Notes: generated by a model not told the origin, from the letters alone. A stretch of 53,411 nt of DNA from Candidatus Moraniibacteriota bacterium (GCA_038318455.1 JBBQCF010000001.1:1-53411); one strand, 5' to 3'; positions 8,841 through 18,248 are shown, counted from the first letter of the stretch. Numbers and translations are program-made.

Positions 8841-8856
8841 GAAATATAAACGCTAA

Positions 8857-10830
8857 CTATTCTTTTTTGTCTGCTGGTTTCTCTGATTCAGCATCTTTTT
8901 TTGCTTGGTTAGTTTCTGCATCGCTGGCAGATGAGCCTGCCTCGGCGGTAGACGGGTCAACATCAGCTTCTTTGACGTCTTGCCCTTCAGCGCCAGCGTT
9001 GGCTTCATTTTTTGCTTTTTCAGCTTCTTGAGCAGCTGCATAAAGTTTTTCGCCAATCTTTTGCGCTGCTTGACTCAAAGTTTCTGTTTTAGCTTTGATG
9101 TCATTCAAGTCCTCACCATTTTTCACTTTGTTAAGTTCTTCAATAGCTTCTTTCACTGGCTTAGTTTCCTCTTCGGTCACTTTGTCACCACCATCCTTAA
9201 TAGCTTTTTCAGTGGTGTAGACAAGTGTGTCAGCCATGTTGCGAGCTTCAACCAATTCTTTTTTCTGCTTGTCTTCATCTGCATGCATTTCAGCATCTTT
9301 TTTCATTTTTTCAATTTCTTCTTTTGAAAGACCAGATGATGCTTCGATTTTGATTGATTGAGATTTTCCAGTGGCCTTATCCTTAGCGGTAACATTCAAG
9401 ATTCCATTTGCATCGATGTCAAATTCAACTTCAATCTGTGGAACACCACGAGGAGAAGGTGGAATTCCATCTAGCAAGAATTTTCCAAGTGTCTTATTTC
9501 CAGAAGCAACTTCGCGCTCTCCTTGAAGGACATGAATTTCCACACCTGGTTGATTGTCAGCGGCTGTTGAAAATGTTTGCGTCTTTGAAGTTGGCACAGT
9601 CGTGTTTCTTTCAATAAGTGGAGTTGAAATTCCTCCCATAGTTTCAATTCCCAAAGTAAGAGGTGTCACATCCAAAAGCAAAACGTCTTTCACTGATCCT
9701 TCAAGCACTCCTCCTTGAATCGCAGCTCCAAGCGCCACAACCTCGTCAGGATTCACTGAAATGTTTGGTTTTTTGCCAAAGAATTTCTCAACTGTGGCAA
9801 GAACAAGTGGCATGCGAGTCATTCCTCCCACCATCACAATTTCATTAATGTCAGACACGGAAAGTTTTGCGTCGCTAAGTGCCTTTTTTACTGGCTCTAA
9901 AGTTTTTATCACCAAATCTCCCACCAATTCTTCCAATTTTGCGCGACTCATTTTCATCACCAAATGTTTAGGGCCTGATGCATCAGATGTTATAAATGGT
10001 TGATTAATTTCAGTGTCAGCAGCAGTTGAAAGTTCAATTTTAGCTTTTTCAGCAGCTTCTTTGATTCGTTGCAATGAAAGTGGATCTTTGGAAAGATCAA
10101 TTCCTTCTTGTTTTTTGAATTCAGAGATAATCCACTCAATAATGATTTGATCAAAGTCATCTCCTCCAAGATGAGTGTCACCGTTGGTTGATTTCACTTC
10201 CACTGTGTCGCCTCCAACTTCCAAAACGGAAATATCAAAAGTTCCTCCACCCAAATCATATACTGCAATTTTTTCATCATTCTTTTTGTCAAAACCATAA
10301 GCAAGAGCTGCAGCTGTCGGTTCATTGATAACACGACGAACATTGAAGCCTGCAATTTCTCCAGCTTCTTTGGTGGCTTTTCGTTGAGCGTCATCAAAAT
10401 AGGCAGGAACAGTGATCACAGCATCAGTAATTTTTTCACCAAGTTTTTCTTCCGCATCAGCTTTTAGTTTTCCTAAAATCATCGCAGAAATTTCTTGTGG
10501 AGAATAATCTTTGTCTCCCATAGTTACTTTGACATTTTCTCCAGCATGCACAATTTTGTATGGCATCAATTTTTCATCGCGTTGAACTTCAGTGTCGTGA
10601 TATGCGCGACCAATGAGGCGCTTGATTGAATACAAAGTATTGGCAGGATTGGTTACTGATTGACGCTTTGCCAAAAGACCAGCCAAACGTTCACCAGTTT
10701 TTGAGATTGCCACCATTGAAGGTGTGGTACGATTTCCTTCTTTGTTTTCCAAAATTTCTGGCTTTCCACCAGTAACGATAGCCATTGCACTGTTTGTTGT
10801 TCCAAGATCGATTCCGAGAATTTTACTCAT
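8857..10830 (-). CDS. dnaK: Chaperone DnaK (Hsp70)
   Basis: It shows [17 protein letters not shown] and the EKAK/substrate-binding region, plus an acidic and Lys-rich C-terminal tail. The likely start is [10 protein letters not shown] at 10830; the track starts at 10845. Confidence 0.97.
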   Translation of the reverse strand: MSKILGIDLGTTNSAMAIVTGGKPEILENKEGNRTTPSMVAISKTGERLAGLLAKRQSVTNPANTLYSIKRLIGRAYHDTEVQRDEKLMPYKIVHAGENVKVTMGDKDYSPQEISAMILGKLKADAEEKLGEKITDAVITVPAYFDDAQRKATKEAGEIAGFNVRRVINEPTAAALAYGFDKKNDEKIAVYDLGGGTFDISVLEVGGDTVEVKSTNGDTHLGGDDFDQIIIEWIISEFKKQEGIDLSKDPLSLQRIKEAAEKAKIELSTAADTEINQPFITSDASGPKHLVMKMSRAKLEELVGDLVIKTLEPVKKALSDAKLSVSDINEIVMVGGMTRMPLVLATVEKFFGKKPNISVNPDEVVALGAAIQGGVLEGSVKDVLLLDVTPLTLGIETMGGISTPLIERNTTVPTSKTQTFSTAADNQPGVEIHVLQGEREVASGNKTLGKFLLDGIPPSPRGVPQIEVEFDIDANGILNVTAKDKATGKSQSIKIEASSGLSKEEIEKMKKDAEMHADEDKQKKELVEARNMADTLVYTTEKAIKDGGDKVTEEETKPVKEAIEELNKVKNGEDLNDIKAKTETLSQAAQKIGEKLYAAAQEAEKAKNEANAGAEGQDVKEADVDPSTAEAGSSASDAETNQAKKDAESEKPADKKE

Positions 10831-11030
10831 ATATTTTTTCAGCAATCAACATGCAAAATATTTGCAAACTGACCACAAAATTATTATTTACTTTTTATTG
10901 ATTAATTATTTATTGCCTATTTTATTGTTTGTGCTATCATTTCAGTAGAGCTAGCCACAACGTTGTCAGCTTTGCCCACTGGGATATTTAACTTATGCCC
11001 ATGTGGGCTTTTTTATTACTGGTGATTTTT

Positions 11031-11639
11031 TTATTCAACTACAACTCTTGCCGCTCTGATAACTTTGTCCCCAATTTTATATCCCTTAGTAAGAACCTGC
11101 TTAATTTTATTCTTATATTTGTGATCAACTTTGCAATCAGCGCATTGCTTGTCTTCAATTGCTTCGTGATAAATTGGATCAAAATTATCACCAACCCTAG
11201 CCTCAATTTCCTCCACTCCATTTTCCGTCACAATATCTTCTAATTGCTTTTGAATATACATAATACCAATCACCCATGAATTATCTTTCTGCTCAACTGG
11301 CACATGCGCAGTTGAAGCATGGAAATTATCAATTACTGGCAGAATTTGCAAAATGATATTTTGCGCAGCATACCTAACTAAATCTTTTTGCGACTCGGCA
11401 CTTCTTTTTTTATAATTTTCAAAATCTGCCTGACATCTTTGCCATCCGTCTAAATTTTCAGCAGCCTTTTTCTCAAGAATTTGAATCTCATCTTCCTCAA
11501 CGGCAGACAAGTTTTCTTGTTCAACCACGATTTCCTCGCCTGCATCGTTATGCGAAGCATCGCGTGCAAGTTCTTCTATATCTTTAATGTCTTTTACATC
11601 TTTTTCTGCCTTGTCTATTTTTTTATCCTCTTTTTTCAT
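11031..11639 (-). CDS. grpE: Nucleotide exchange factor GrpE
   Basis: It is 202 aa with an acidic N-terminus, RxQADFENYKKR and a C-terminal beta domain. It sits between hrcA and dnaK. Confidence 0.9.
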   Translation of the reverse strand: MKKEDKKIDKAEKDVKDIKDIEELARDASHNDAGEEIVVEQENLSAVEEDEIQILEKKAAENLDGWQRCQADFENYKKRSAESQKDLVRYAAQNIILQILPVIDNFHASTAHVPVEQKDNSWVIGIMYIQKQLEDIVTENGVEEIEARVGDNFDPIYHEAIEDKQCADCKVDHKYKNKIKQVLTKGYKIGDKVIRAARVVVE

Positions 11640-11643
11640 ATTT

Positions 11644-12387
11644 TTATATTATATTTATAAATATTATTATCGCCATTGATGCTCCAAGCAATTTTTTCAC
11701 ATATTCAATCATCGATTTATTTTTGGCATATTCCATTCTCTTTGGACCAATAATTGCTAAAATTCCTTTTTCCCCAGAATTTAATTTATATGGAGCAATA
11801 ATCATTGAACAATTAGAGGCTTCTTGAATTGGGTTTTCTTTGCCAATAAAAATTCTTGTCTCACCTTCTTTAATACCCTTTGTGAGCTGATCAAATTTCT
11901 CATCCACATAATCTAACATTTCCACCAAACGACACATTTCATCCAGCTCCTTAAATTCTGGCTCTTCCATCAACTCTCTCATCCCAAAATCTGAAAATTC
12001 ATCGTTATCAATAAGTCCACTGATAGCAAAGTTTCCACTCACATGTGAAAGCAATTTGGCGGTTGTTCTCGTTAGCCGAGTGTTTTGTGCCTTCAATTTC
12101 AAAAATTCTCTTTGCATGTCTTGCTGCTGCGCCTTGGAAAGTTCCTTGTCTTTCATCATCTCTTCAACAAAATATCGATATCCTTTATCAGTTGGAATTC
12201 TACCAGCGCTGATATGTGGTTGATACAAATATCCTTCATCTTCCAACGCTGTCATATCATTTCGAATCGTAGCAGGACTAACTTTAAATTTATATTTCCC
12301 AACTAAAATCTGACTACCAACTGGAATTGCAGTTTGAGTATATTCCTCAATCACTGTTGCTAATATTTTTTCTTGTCGCTCATTCAT
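11644..12387 (-). CDS. hrcA: Heat-inducible transcription repressor HrcA (short, 247 aa)
   Basis: The N-terminal wHTH reads ILATVIEEYTQTAIPVGSQ...SPATIRNDMTALEDEGYLYQPHISAGRIPTDKGYRYFV. The gene is adjacent to grpE-dnaK and preceded by CIRCE. Confidence 0.9.
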   Translation of the reverse strand: MNERQEKILATVIEEYTQTAIPVGSQILVGKYKFKVSPATIRNDMTALEDEGYLYQPHISAGRIPTDKGYRYFVEEMMKDKELSKAQQQDMQREFLKLKAQNTRLTRTTAKLLSHVSGNFAISGLIDNDEFSDFGMRELMEEPEFKELDEMCRLVEMLDYVDEKFDQLTKGIKEGETRIFIGKENPIQEASNCSMIIAPYKLNSGEKGILAIIGPKRMEYAKNKSMIEYVKKLLGASMAIIIFINII

Positions 12388-12393
12388 AAATTC

Positions 12394-12421
12394 ATTATAG
12401 CAAATTATTAGCAGTCGTCAA
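12394..12421 (-). promoter_or_regulatory. hrcA promoter overlapping CIRCE
   Basis: The minus strand reads TTGACG-N16-TATAAT. The -10 ends 6 nt before the hrcA ATG and there is no SD, so a leaderless mRNA is possible. Confidence 0.55.
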
Positions 12422-12434
12422 GTCCGAGTGCTAA
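12408..12434. promoter_or_regulatory. CIRCE operator upstream of hrcA-grpE-dnaK
   Basis: TTAGCAGTC-N9-GAGTGCTAA matches 17/18 consensus arm positions and lies 20 nt from the hrcA start. Confidence 0.9.
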
Positions 12435-12440
12435 TGAGAT

Positions 12441-12485
12441 AAAAAACAAAGAAAAAAGACTTTAACATGATATGTTAAAGTCTTT
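12441..12485 (-). terminator. Terminator of the upstream Cys-rich operon
   Basis: The 13-bp stem aagactttaacat/atgttaaagtctt is followed on the minus strand by ttttttctttgtttttt. Confidence 0.7.
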
Positions 12486-12508
12486 TAGTTTCGCGTACTA
12501 GGGCGAAA

Positions 12509-12901
12509 TTACAAATGTAGTCCCTGCGAGGATGGAAAAAATTTTCCATTCTCAATTCTTTCTTCTTGAGGAACATCTTTTTCATCTGAACGAATTTTGA
12601 AAGCCTGAATTGTTGAGACAAATCCCAATTCAGAGAGCTCTTTTGATGTGGCATCATTACAAGCAAAATTACAATCAACTTGGCACACTAAATGTTCACT
12701 ATACACAAGATGTTTAGTGTGACGTGGAGTCAAAACCACTGCGACTTTATTAGGAACGCGATGCTTCAAGTGATGACAAAAAAAATTCTCCGGGAAAATA
12801 TCTCCCAATTGAGCAATGTCACCCCTGCAATTTCCAGAAGCAATCAATTCCATAAATTCTGCGATTGAACCTTCGACAACAACACCTGTTTTCTTTTTCA
12901 T
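12509..12901 (-). CDS. Hypothetical Cys/His-containing protein
   Basis: This is a 130-aa ORF with RBS aaggagag 4 nt upstream. It contains CRGD, FFCHH and CQVDCNFACND. Confidence 0.65.
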   Translation of the reverse strand: MKKKTGVVVEGSIAEFMELIASGNCRGDIAQLGDIFPENFFCHHLKHRVPNKVAVVLTPRHTKHLVYSEHLVCQVDCNFACNDATSKELSELGFVSTIQAFKIRSDEKDVPQEERIENGKFFPSSQGLHL

Positions 12902-12995
12902 GTTCTCTCCTTGTTTTCTTGAGACAAAAAAAATAAAATACTACGCCATTGTCAATGCTACGCCTCTTGCCAAAAACCTCCTCCTCCTTGATTTG

Positions 12996-13163
12996 CTAAA
13001 AAATATCAGTGCTCGTGTTTTTGAAAATATTATCATCAGATTCCTTCATTGAACTTTCATAGCATCTTGAAATCGTCAATTGAGTTGTAACTTCAGCTTT
13101 GATTTTCTTTCGTGGCTGTTCCACTGGAACTTCCTTTGAATATCCCCTAATAAAGCAGCACAT
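12996..13163 (-). CDS. Hypothetical 55-aa peptide (MCCFIRGYSKEV...)
   Basis: RBS aaaggag lies 7 nt before ATG 13163. The 122-aa track ORF 12996..13364 is an upstream in-frame extension that overlaps the neighbouring gene. Confidence 0.5.
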   Translation of the reverse strand: MCCFIRGYSKEVPVEQPRKKIKAEVTTQLTISRCYESSMKESDDNIFKNTSTDIF

Positions 13164-13191
13164 TAACACACTCCTTTTTTTAAAAAAATAT

Positions 13192-13377
13192 TTAATCGCA
13201 ATTACAACGACAAGAAAATTCACAAGTGTCTGCGTTATTCTGGAAATTTTTTGTAAGTTCATTACGTTCAGCAATTGAAAGTCCTTGCGAGGTTGGGTTA
13301 TCATGCACACATCTTTCAGCAAACTGACATTCCAAGCATTTTTCATGTTCCATTTTTCCATCACAGGAATTTGCCAT
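13192..13377 (-). CDS. Hypothetical 61-aa Cys-rich peptide (8 Cys, C-terminal CEFSCRCNCD)
   Basis: RBS aaaaggag lies 6 nt before ATG 13377 (MANSCDGKMEHEKCLECQ...). The track ORF starts earlier at a GTG. Confidence 0.55.
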   Translation of the reverse strand: MANSCDGKMEHEKCLECQFAERCVHDNPTSQGLSIAERNELTKNFQNNADTCEFSCRCNCD

Positions 13378-13501
13378 TTCCATCTCCTTTTGAGATAAAA
13401 TTATACTACTCACTGCAATTGTTAAATTACAACAACCATATCAATCATCATATTATACACCTCTTTCCAAATTTATAAAGTCTTGCATCCCGACTTCAAT
13501 A

Positions 13502-13741
13502 CTATTTTTTTGGCACCGGATCATAACCTCCATCATTCCAAGGATGACAACGCACGAATCTCCTTATTCCAAGCCAAATTCCCTTAAGAATTCCAAATTT
13601 TTCTACTGCTTGATATGTATATTGACTGCAGGATGGGTGAAAACGACAAATCCTGCCTCCCCAAAACCAAGAAGGAATTCCGTGATCAAGCGAAAAAACC
13701 TTTTGATAAAACAATATTAACAAGAGAATTATTTTTTTCAT
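13502..13741 (-). CDS. yidD: Membrane protein insertion efficiency factor YidD
   Basis: It is 79 aa with [19 protein letters not shown]...[14 protein letters not shown], the hallmark of the family. Confidence 0.9.
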   Translation of the reverse strand: MKKIILLLILFYQKVFSLDHGIPSWFWGGRICRFHPSCSQYTYQAVEKFGILKGIWLGIRRFVRCHPWNDGGYDPVPKK

Positions 13742-13772
13742 TTATATTTGATACTACACCGAAAAGAGACTT

Positions 13773-13801
13773 TTGTCAATAATGACAAAGTGTTCTATAA
13801 T
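13773..13801 (+). promoter_or_regulatory. Promoter of the corA-like gene, face to face with a yidD promoter
   Basis: It reads TTGTCA-N17-TATAAT. The -35 is part of the palindrome ttgtcaATAAtgacaa, whose other arm gives TTGACA-N17-TAGTAT on the minus strand. Confidence 0.55.
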
Positions 13802-13838
13802 TAGTGTAAGATCATAACTTATCGAAAAATAAAAAAAA

Positions 13839-14747
13839 ATGAAAACTGTCTCATTTAAAAATGTTACCTGGATTGACTTTGCTGACCCAAATGCAGATGA
13901 TGTTTTGTATTTGCAAGAAAACTTTGACATTCACCCATTGGCGATTGAAGAATTTGTCACACCAACATACAGGCCAAAAGCAACACAATATGAAAATTGC
14001 ATATATCTGACAATTCATATTCCCCTCTATGACATGAAAGCTCGCACGACATATCCTGGTGAACTAGACATTGTACTCACAAAAGACCATCTCATCACTG
14101 GGCACAACAAAGAAATTTTTCAGCTCGATGATTTTTTTACAAATCTAGAGGGTGCCGAAGGAAAACGCAGATTATACATGAACAAAACACCAGCACATCT
14201 TCTATACAGTATTCTTGAAATATTACTAGAATCATGTTTTCCACGCATTGATCATATTCATGAGAAATTGGAAAATATTGAAGAACAAGTTTTTAATGGC
14301 AAGGAAAAAGAGATGGTGTTTGAAATCTCTATCGTAAAAAGAGATATTCTAAATTTCAGGCGTACACTCAAGCCACAACGTCATATCATCGAATCTCTAG
14401 CGCAAATGAAGTCACCCCTCATAGCCGCCGAACTTTCTCCATATTTTCAAGACCTCACTGGCACCAATATTCGTCTTTGGAATGCGCTTGAAAGCAACAA
14501 GGAAACAATTGAATCGATGGAGGAAACCAACAATTCCCTGCTTTCAAATAAATTGGATTTTACCATGAAAGTTCTTACTGTTTTTTCTGCTGTGATGATG
14601 CCAATGACAGTATATTCAAACATTTTGGCCATGAGTGCAGATATCCCTTTCTCCAAAAGTCCACATGCTTTTTCAATTCATGTTTCCATTATGCTCTTTA
14701 TTTCTTTTTGCACTATAGTTGTCTTTAAGAACAGAAAATGGCTATAG
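13839..14747 (+). CDS. CorA-family divalent cation transporter homolog with a non-canonical pore motif
   Basis: It is 302 aa with a CorA-like N-terminal domain and two C-terminal TMs. The position of YGMNF reads LAMSA. Confidence 0.7.
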   Translation: MKTVSFKNVTWIDFADPNADDVLYLQENFDIHPLAIEEFVTPTYRPKATQYENCIYLTIHIPLYDMKARTTYPGELDIVLTKDHLITGHNKEIFQLDDFFTNLEGAEGKRRLYMNKTPAHLLYSILEILLESCFPRIDHIHEKLENIEEQVFNGKEKEMVFEISIVKRDILNFRRTLKPQRHIIESLAQMKSPLIAAELSPYFQDLTGTNIRLWNALESNKETIESMEETNNSLLSNKLDFTMKVLTVFSAVMMPMTVYSNILAMSADIPFSKSPHAFSIHVSIMLFISFCTIVVFKNRKWL

Positions 14748-14807
14748 CAGTAGACAATATGCAACATTCAAGATACAGTATTCAGTATTAAGAATAATCA
14801 AAAAACA

Positions 14808-16238
14808 ATGTTAAAAATATATAACACCCTTTCGAAACAAAAGGAAGAATTTATTCCACTCAATCCTGGTAAAGTTGGCATGTATACTTGTGGACCAACT
14901 GTTTATGGATATATCCACATTGGAAATATTCGTGCCTATCTTTTCTCTGATACAACCAGGAGATATTTGGAATACACGGGATTTGAAGTTCGCCTCATAA
15001 AAAACATTACTGATGTGGGACATCTTAGTGATGATGATGTTGCACAAGGAGATTCCGGCGAGGACAAAATGCTGAAAGCTGCACTCAAAGAAAAAAAGAC
15101 TCCGGAAGAAATTGCCAGATTTTATGAAGAATATTTCAAAACTACCGAAAAAGAACTGAACATCTTGCCTGCACATTTCTTTCCGCGCGCCACTGCACAT
15201 GTCACGCAAATGATTAAAATTGTGGAAGGCTTAATTGAAAAAGGATTTGCTTATGAAAAAAATGGCAACGTTTTTTTTGATGTCACAAAATTTTCCGATT
15301 ATGGAAAACTTTCTGGCAACACTTTGAAAAATTTGAAAGTTGGAGCAAGAATTGAAGAACATCCTGACAAAAAAAATGCTTGGGATTTTGCACTTTGGAT
15401 CAAGGCTCCCGCTGGACATGCCATGAAATGGGAATCTCCTTGGTCAACAGGTTATCCTGGTTGGCACATTGAATGCTCTGCCATGAGCACTGAATATCTT
15501 GGAAACACAATCGATATTCACACTGGAGGAGAAGATAATATCTTTCCACATCACGAAGCTGAAATAGCGCAAACCGAGTGCTACACTGGCAAGCAATATG
15601 TTAGATATTGGATGCATACTCGCCATTTGCTTTTTGAAGGAAAAAAGATGGCCAAATCAAAAGGTAATCTCTTTACACTAGAAGATATTAAAGAAAAAGG
15701 ATTTTCTGCCATGGATCTTCGCTTGCTTTTTTTATCCTCACATTATCGTTCTCAAATGGATTTTTCATGGGAAGCGCTCGAGCAAGCACATAAAAATATT
15801 CAAAAGATTAACGATTTCGTGCTTGAACTTGAATCAGTCTCGAAACGCGAGCTGATGTCTCCCCAGCATTTTGACGCAGAGAAATACAAAGAAAAATTCG
15901 AGGCTGCCATGAACGATGATCTCAACACGCCACTTGCTTTAAGCAATTTATATGAATTAATTTCGCAGTGTAATGTATTGTTCGCTAAAGATCATTTAAG
16001 CTCTGAAAGTGCCAAAGAAATATTATCGCTTTGGAAAAGAATGAATTTAGTTTTTGGTTTTGTCCTGCATGGTCAAGCTGAAATCCCCGAAGAGATTTTA
16101 GAATTAGTCAGACAACGTGAATCAGCAAGACTTGGCAAAGATTTTGAAAAATCAGATAGCCTTAGAAAACTTATTGAGGACCATGGTTTTACTTTGGAAG
16201 ACACCAAGGATGGACAAAAAATAAAGCCAGCAAAATAG
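14808..16238 (+). CDS. cysS: Cysteine--tRNA ligase
   Basis: It shows HIGN (GYIHIGNIRAY), KMAKSKGN and CysRS-typical GWHIECSAM. Confidence 0.95.
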   Translation: MLKIYNTLSKQKEEFIPLNPGKVGMYTCGPTVYGYIHIGNIRAYLFSDTTRRYLEYTGFEVRLIKNITDVGHLSDDDVAQGDSGEDKMLKAALKEKKTPEEIARFYEEYFKTTEKELNILPAHFFPRATAHVTQMIKIVEGLIEKGFAYEKNGNVFFDVTKFSDYGKLSGNTLKNLKVGARIEEHPDKKNAWDFALWIKAPAGHAMKWESPWSTGYPGWHIECSAMSTEYLGNTIDIHTGGEDNIFPHHEAEIAQTECYTGKQYVRYWMHTRHLLFEGKKMAKSKGNLFTLEDIKEKGFSAMDLRLLFLSSHYRSQMDFSWEALEQAHKNIQKINDFVLELESVSKRELMSPQHFDAEKYKEKFEAAMNDDLNTPLALSNLYELISQCNVLFAKDHLSSESAKEILSLWKRMNLVFGFVLHGQAEIPEEILELVRQRESARLGKDFEKSDSLRKLIEDHGFTLEDTKDGQKIKPAK

Positions 16239-16274
16239 CAAAAAATCTATACCAATTTTTTCGGTCAAATTAAA

Positions 16275-16309
16275 AGGCAAGAATACTGTTGTATTCTCGC
16301 CTTTTTTTC
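16275..16309. terminator. Terminator after cysS (convergent with 16308..16559)
   Basis: The stem aggcaagaatac/gtattctcgcct has one mismatch and is followed by ttttttt. Confidence 0.65.
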
Positions 16310-16559
16310 ATCTGTAACTATTTATTTCTTTTATGGCACATTCTTTTAGGTACTCAAGTAAAACTTCTCTCAACACACCGGCAGAAACCTCCAACGAATG
16401 AGCATGCATCGTGACCCAAGTTTCAAAATTATTCCAATTTATGGAAGAACTAGGAAACCCACAGATGAGCATGCCGCCATCTCTAACGGCATTTCTTATC
16501 GTCTGCATTCCAACTTCGGCCAAAACTTTGGCCTTTTCAACATCAGTAATATCTGACAT
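16308..16559 (-). CDS. Hypothetical small protein
   Basis: This is an 83-aa ORF with RBS aaggagag and a perfect consensus promoter upstream. Confidence 0.6.
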   Translation of the reverse strand: MSDITDVEKAKVLAEVGMQTIRNAVRDGGMLICGFPSSSINWNNFETWVTMHAHSLEVSAGVLREVLLEYLKECAIKEINSYR

Positions 16560-16627
16560 TCTACTCTCCTTTTTTGCTTTATTTGCCTGTTAGAACAGGC
16601 ATGCTCTCATATCTAAAAGAACTATCT

Positions 16628-16656
16628 ATTATACTCTCTTTTTGAAGATTTGTCAA
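16628..16656 (-). promoter_or_regulatory. Consensus sigma-70 promoter for 16308..16559
   Basis: The minus strand reads TTGACA-N17-TATAAT. Confidence 0.65.
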
Positions 16657-16781
16657 TAGCGCCGTAATAGCCAAATTTTTGTGCACTTTTTACACACAAA
16701 AATCACCTTTCTTGCTGTTGATTTTACTGTGTGCCCTGCTATAATAAAGAAACGACAAAAACTTTAAGATAGAAATCAAAC

Positions 16782-18179
16782 ATGGCTAAAGAATGGAAAG
16801 AATACAAACCAAAGGCGGCTCCGGCGCAAAACTATGACCCATTGCGCACTCCTCCACACAACAATGAAGCCGAGATGTCTATTCTTGGATCTTTAATGTT
16901 GGAAAAAGATGCAGTGATCAAAGTTGCCGACCTTCTCAAGGTTGGAGATTTCTATAAAGATATTCACAATCAAATTTATGAGGCAATGCTGGAGTTGTAT
17001 GAACAAAGAGAACCTTTGGACGTGCTAAGTATTTCCAATAAACTTGATGAAAAAAAACAATTGGAACAAATTGGTGGTTCAAGTTATCTTGCCTCACTGG
17101 TTGGAACAGTTCCAAGTGCTTCACACATTGTGCATTATGCCAAAGTAGTTCAAAAGAAAGCACTCCTACGAAGACTCATTAATGCTGCCAGTGAAATTAT
17201 CGAAGCAGGTTTTCGCGAAGGAGATGATGTGGAAAAAATTCTTGATGAAGCTGAACAAAAACTTTTCGCAGTTTCGCAAAAATATATCAAACAAGATTTT
17301 CTTCCAATCAAATCTATCTTGGAAGCAGCCTTTAACCGTATTGATGAATTGCACAGGGATGGCAACAAATTCCGCGGAGTTCCTACTGGTTTTGCTGATC
17401 TTGATAATATCTTGGCAGGATTACAAAAATCAGATCTTCTCATTTTGGCGGCTCGACCTTCAGTTGGAAAAACTTCTTTAGCGTTGGATATTGCACGTCA
17501 CGTGGCAGTGAGAGAAAAAGTAGCTGTGGCGATGTTCTCATTGGAAATGGGTGCCGACCAGCTTGTTGATCGTATGCTAGCTGCTGAAGCTAATGTAGAT
17601 TTGTGGCGCCTAAGAACTGGACGCATGCAAAGCGAAGGAGAAAACAATGATTTTCAACGCATTGGAGAAGCAATGGGAATTCTTTCTGAAGCTAAAATAT
17701 TCATTGATGACACGGCTAGTGCCAACATCATGGAAATGCGCACCATGGCGCGTCGCCTTCAAGCTGACAATAATCTAGGCCTCATTGTTATCGATTATTT
17801 GCAACTCATGGAAGGACGTGGTGGTGACAATCGTGTGCAAGAAATTTCTGAAATTTCTCGCGGACTCAAAAACTTGGCTCGCGAACTTAACATTCCAATT
17901 CTGGCACTCTCGCAGCTTTCCCGCGCAGTGGAAGCTCGCTCCCCTCAAATTCCAAAACTTTCTGACCTTCGTGAATCTGGTTCAATCGAGCAAGATGCTG
18001 ATGTGGTGCTTTTCCTATACCGTGAAGATCGCGAAAAACCTGATACTCCAAACAAAGGAATTGTTAAAATTATTATTGCTAAACACAGGAATGGTCCCGT
18101 GGGAGAAGTAAGTGCCTTCTTCCAAGAAAACTCTGCATCTTTCAGATCACTGGAGAAAATACATACAGAAAATCATTAG
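16782..18179 (+). CDS. dnaB: Replicative DNA helicase DnaB
   Basis: It is 465 aa with PHNNEAEMSILGS, Walker A ARPSVGKTS and IVIDYLQLM. Confidence 0.95.
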   Translation: MAKEWKEYKPKAAPAQNYDPLRTPPHNNEAEMSILGSLMLEKDAVIKVADLLKVGDFYKDIHNQIYEAMLELYEQREPLDVLSISNKLDEKKQLEQIGGSSYLASLVGTVPSASHIVHYAKVVQKKALLRRLINAASEIIEAGFREGDDVEKILDEAEQKLFAVSQKYIKQDFLPIKSILEAAFNRIDELHRDGNKFRGVPTGFADLDNILAGLQKSDLLILAARPSVGKTSLALDIARHVAVREKVAVAMFSLEMGADQLVDRMLAAEANVDLWRLRTGRMQSEGENNDFQRIGEAMGILSEAKIFIDDTASANIMEMRTMARRLQADNNLGLIVIDYLQLMEGRGGDNRVQEISEISRGLKNLARELNIPILALSQLSRAVEARSPQIPKLSDLRESGSIEQDADVVLFLYREDREKPDTPNKGIVKIIIAKHRNGPVGEVSAFFQENSASFRSLEKIHTENH

Positions 18180-18207
18180 ATTTTCTAGTTACAAGTTCTT
18201 CAAGTTT

Positions 18208-18248
18208 CAAGTTCATCAAGTCAATTGATTTCATACTTGATGAACTTG
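18208..18248 (+). terminator. Strong hairpin after dnaB (terminator-like, weak T tract)
   Basis: The 14-bp perfect stem caagttcatcaagt/acttgatgaacttg has a 13-nt loop. Confidence 0.45.

Noticed and set aside
10852-10868. TGCA-ended AT-rich palindromes near gene starts: tgcaaaatatttgca before dnaK and tgcatttaaatgca at 7957-7970.
   Set aside because: There are only two loosely similar instances in AT-rich DNA, which is compatible with chance. No consistent position relative to promoters could be established.
12996-13364. The 122-aa track ORF spanning two small genes.
   Set aside because: Its upstream half overlaps the 61-aa Cys-rich gene in another frame and has no start signal. A strong RBS precedes the internal ATG at 13163, so only the last 55 codons are proposed as a gene.
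16600-16781. DnaA-box-like strings upstream of dnaB (ttttacaca, tgtgcac), and ttatcctca near 36100, as a possible oriC.
   Set aside because: These are only degenerate single matches to TTATCCACA. There is no cluster of boxes, no AT-rich unwinding repeats and no dnaA or dnaN nearby.
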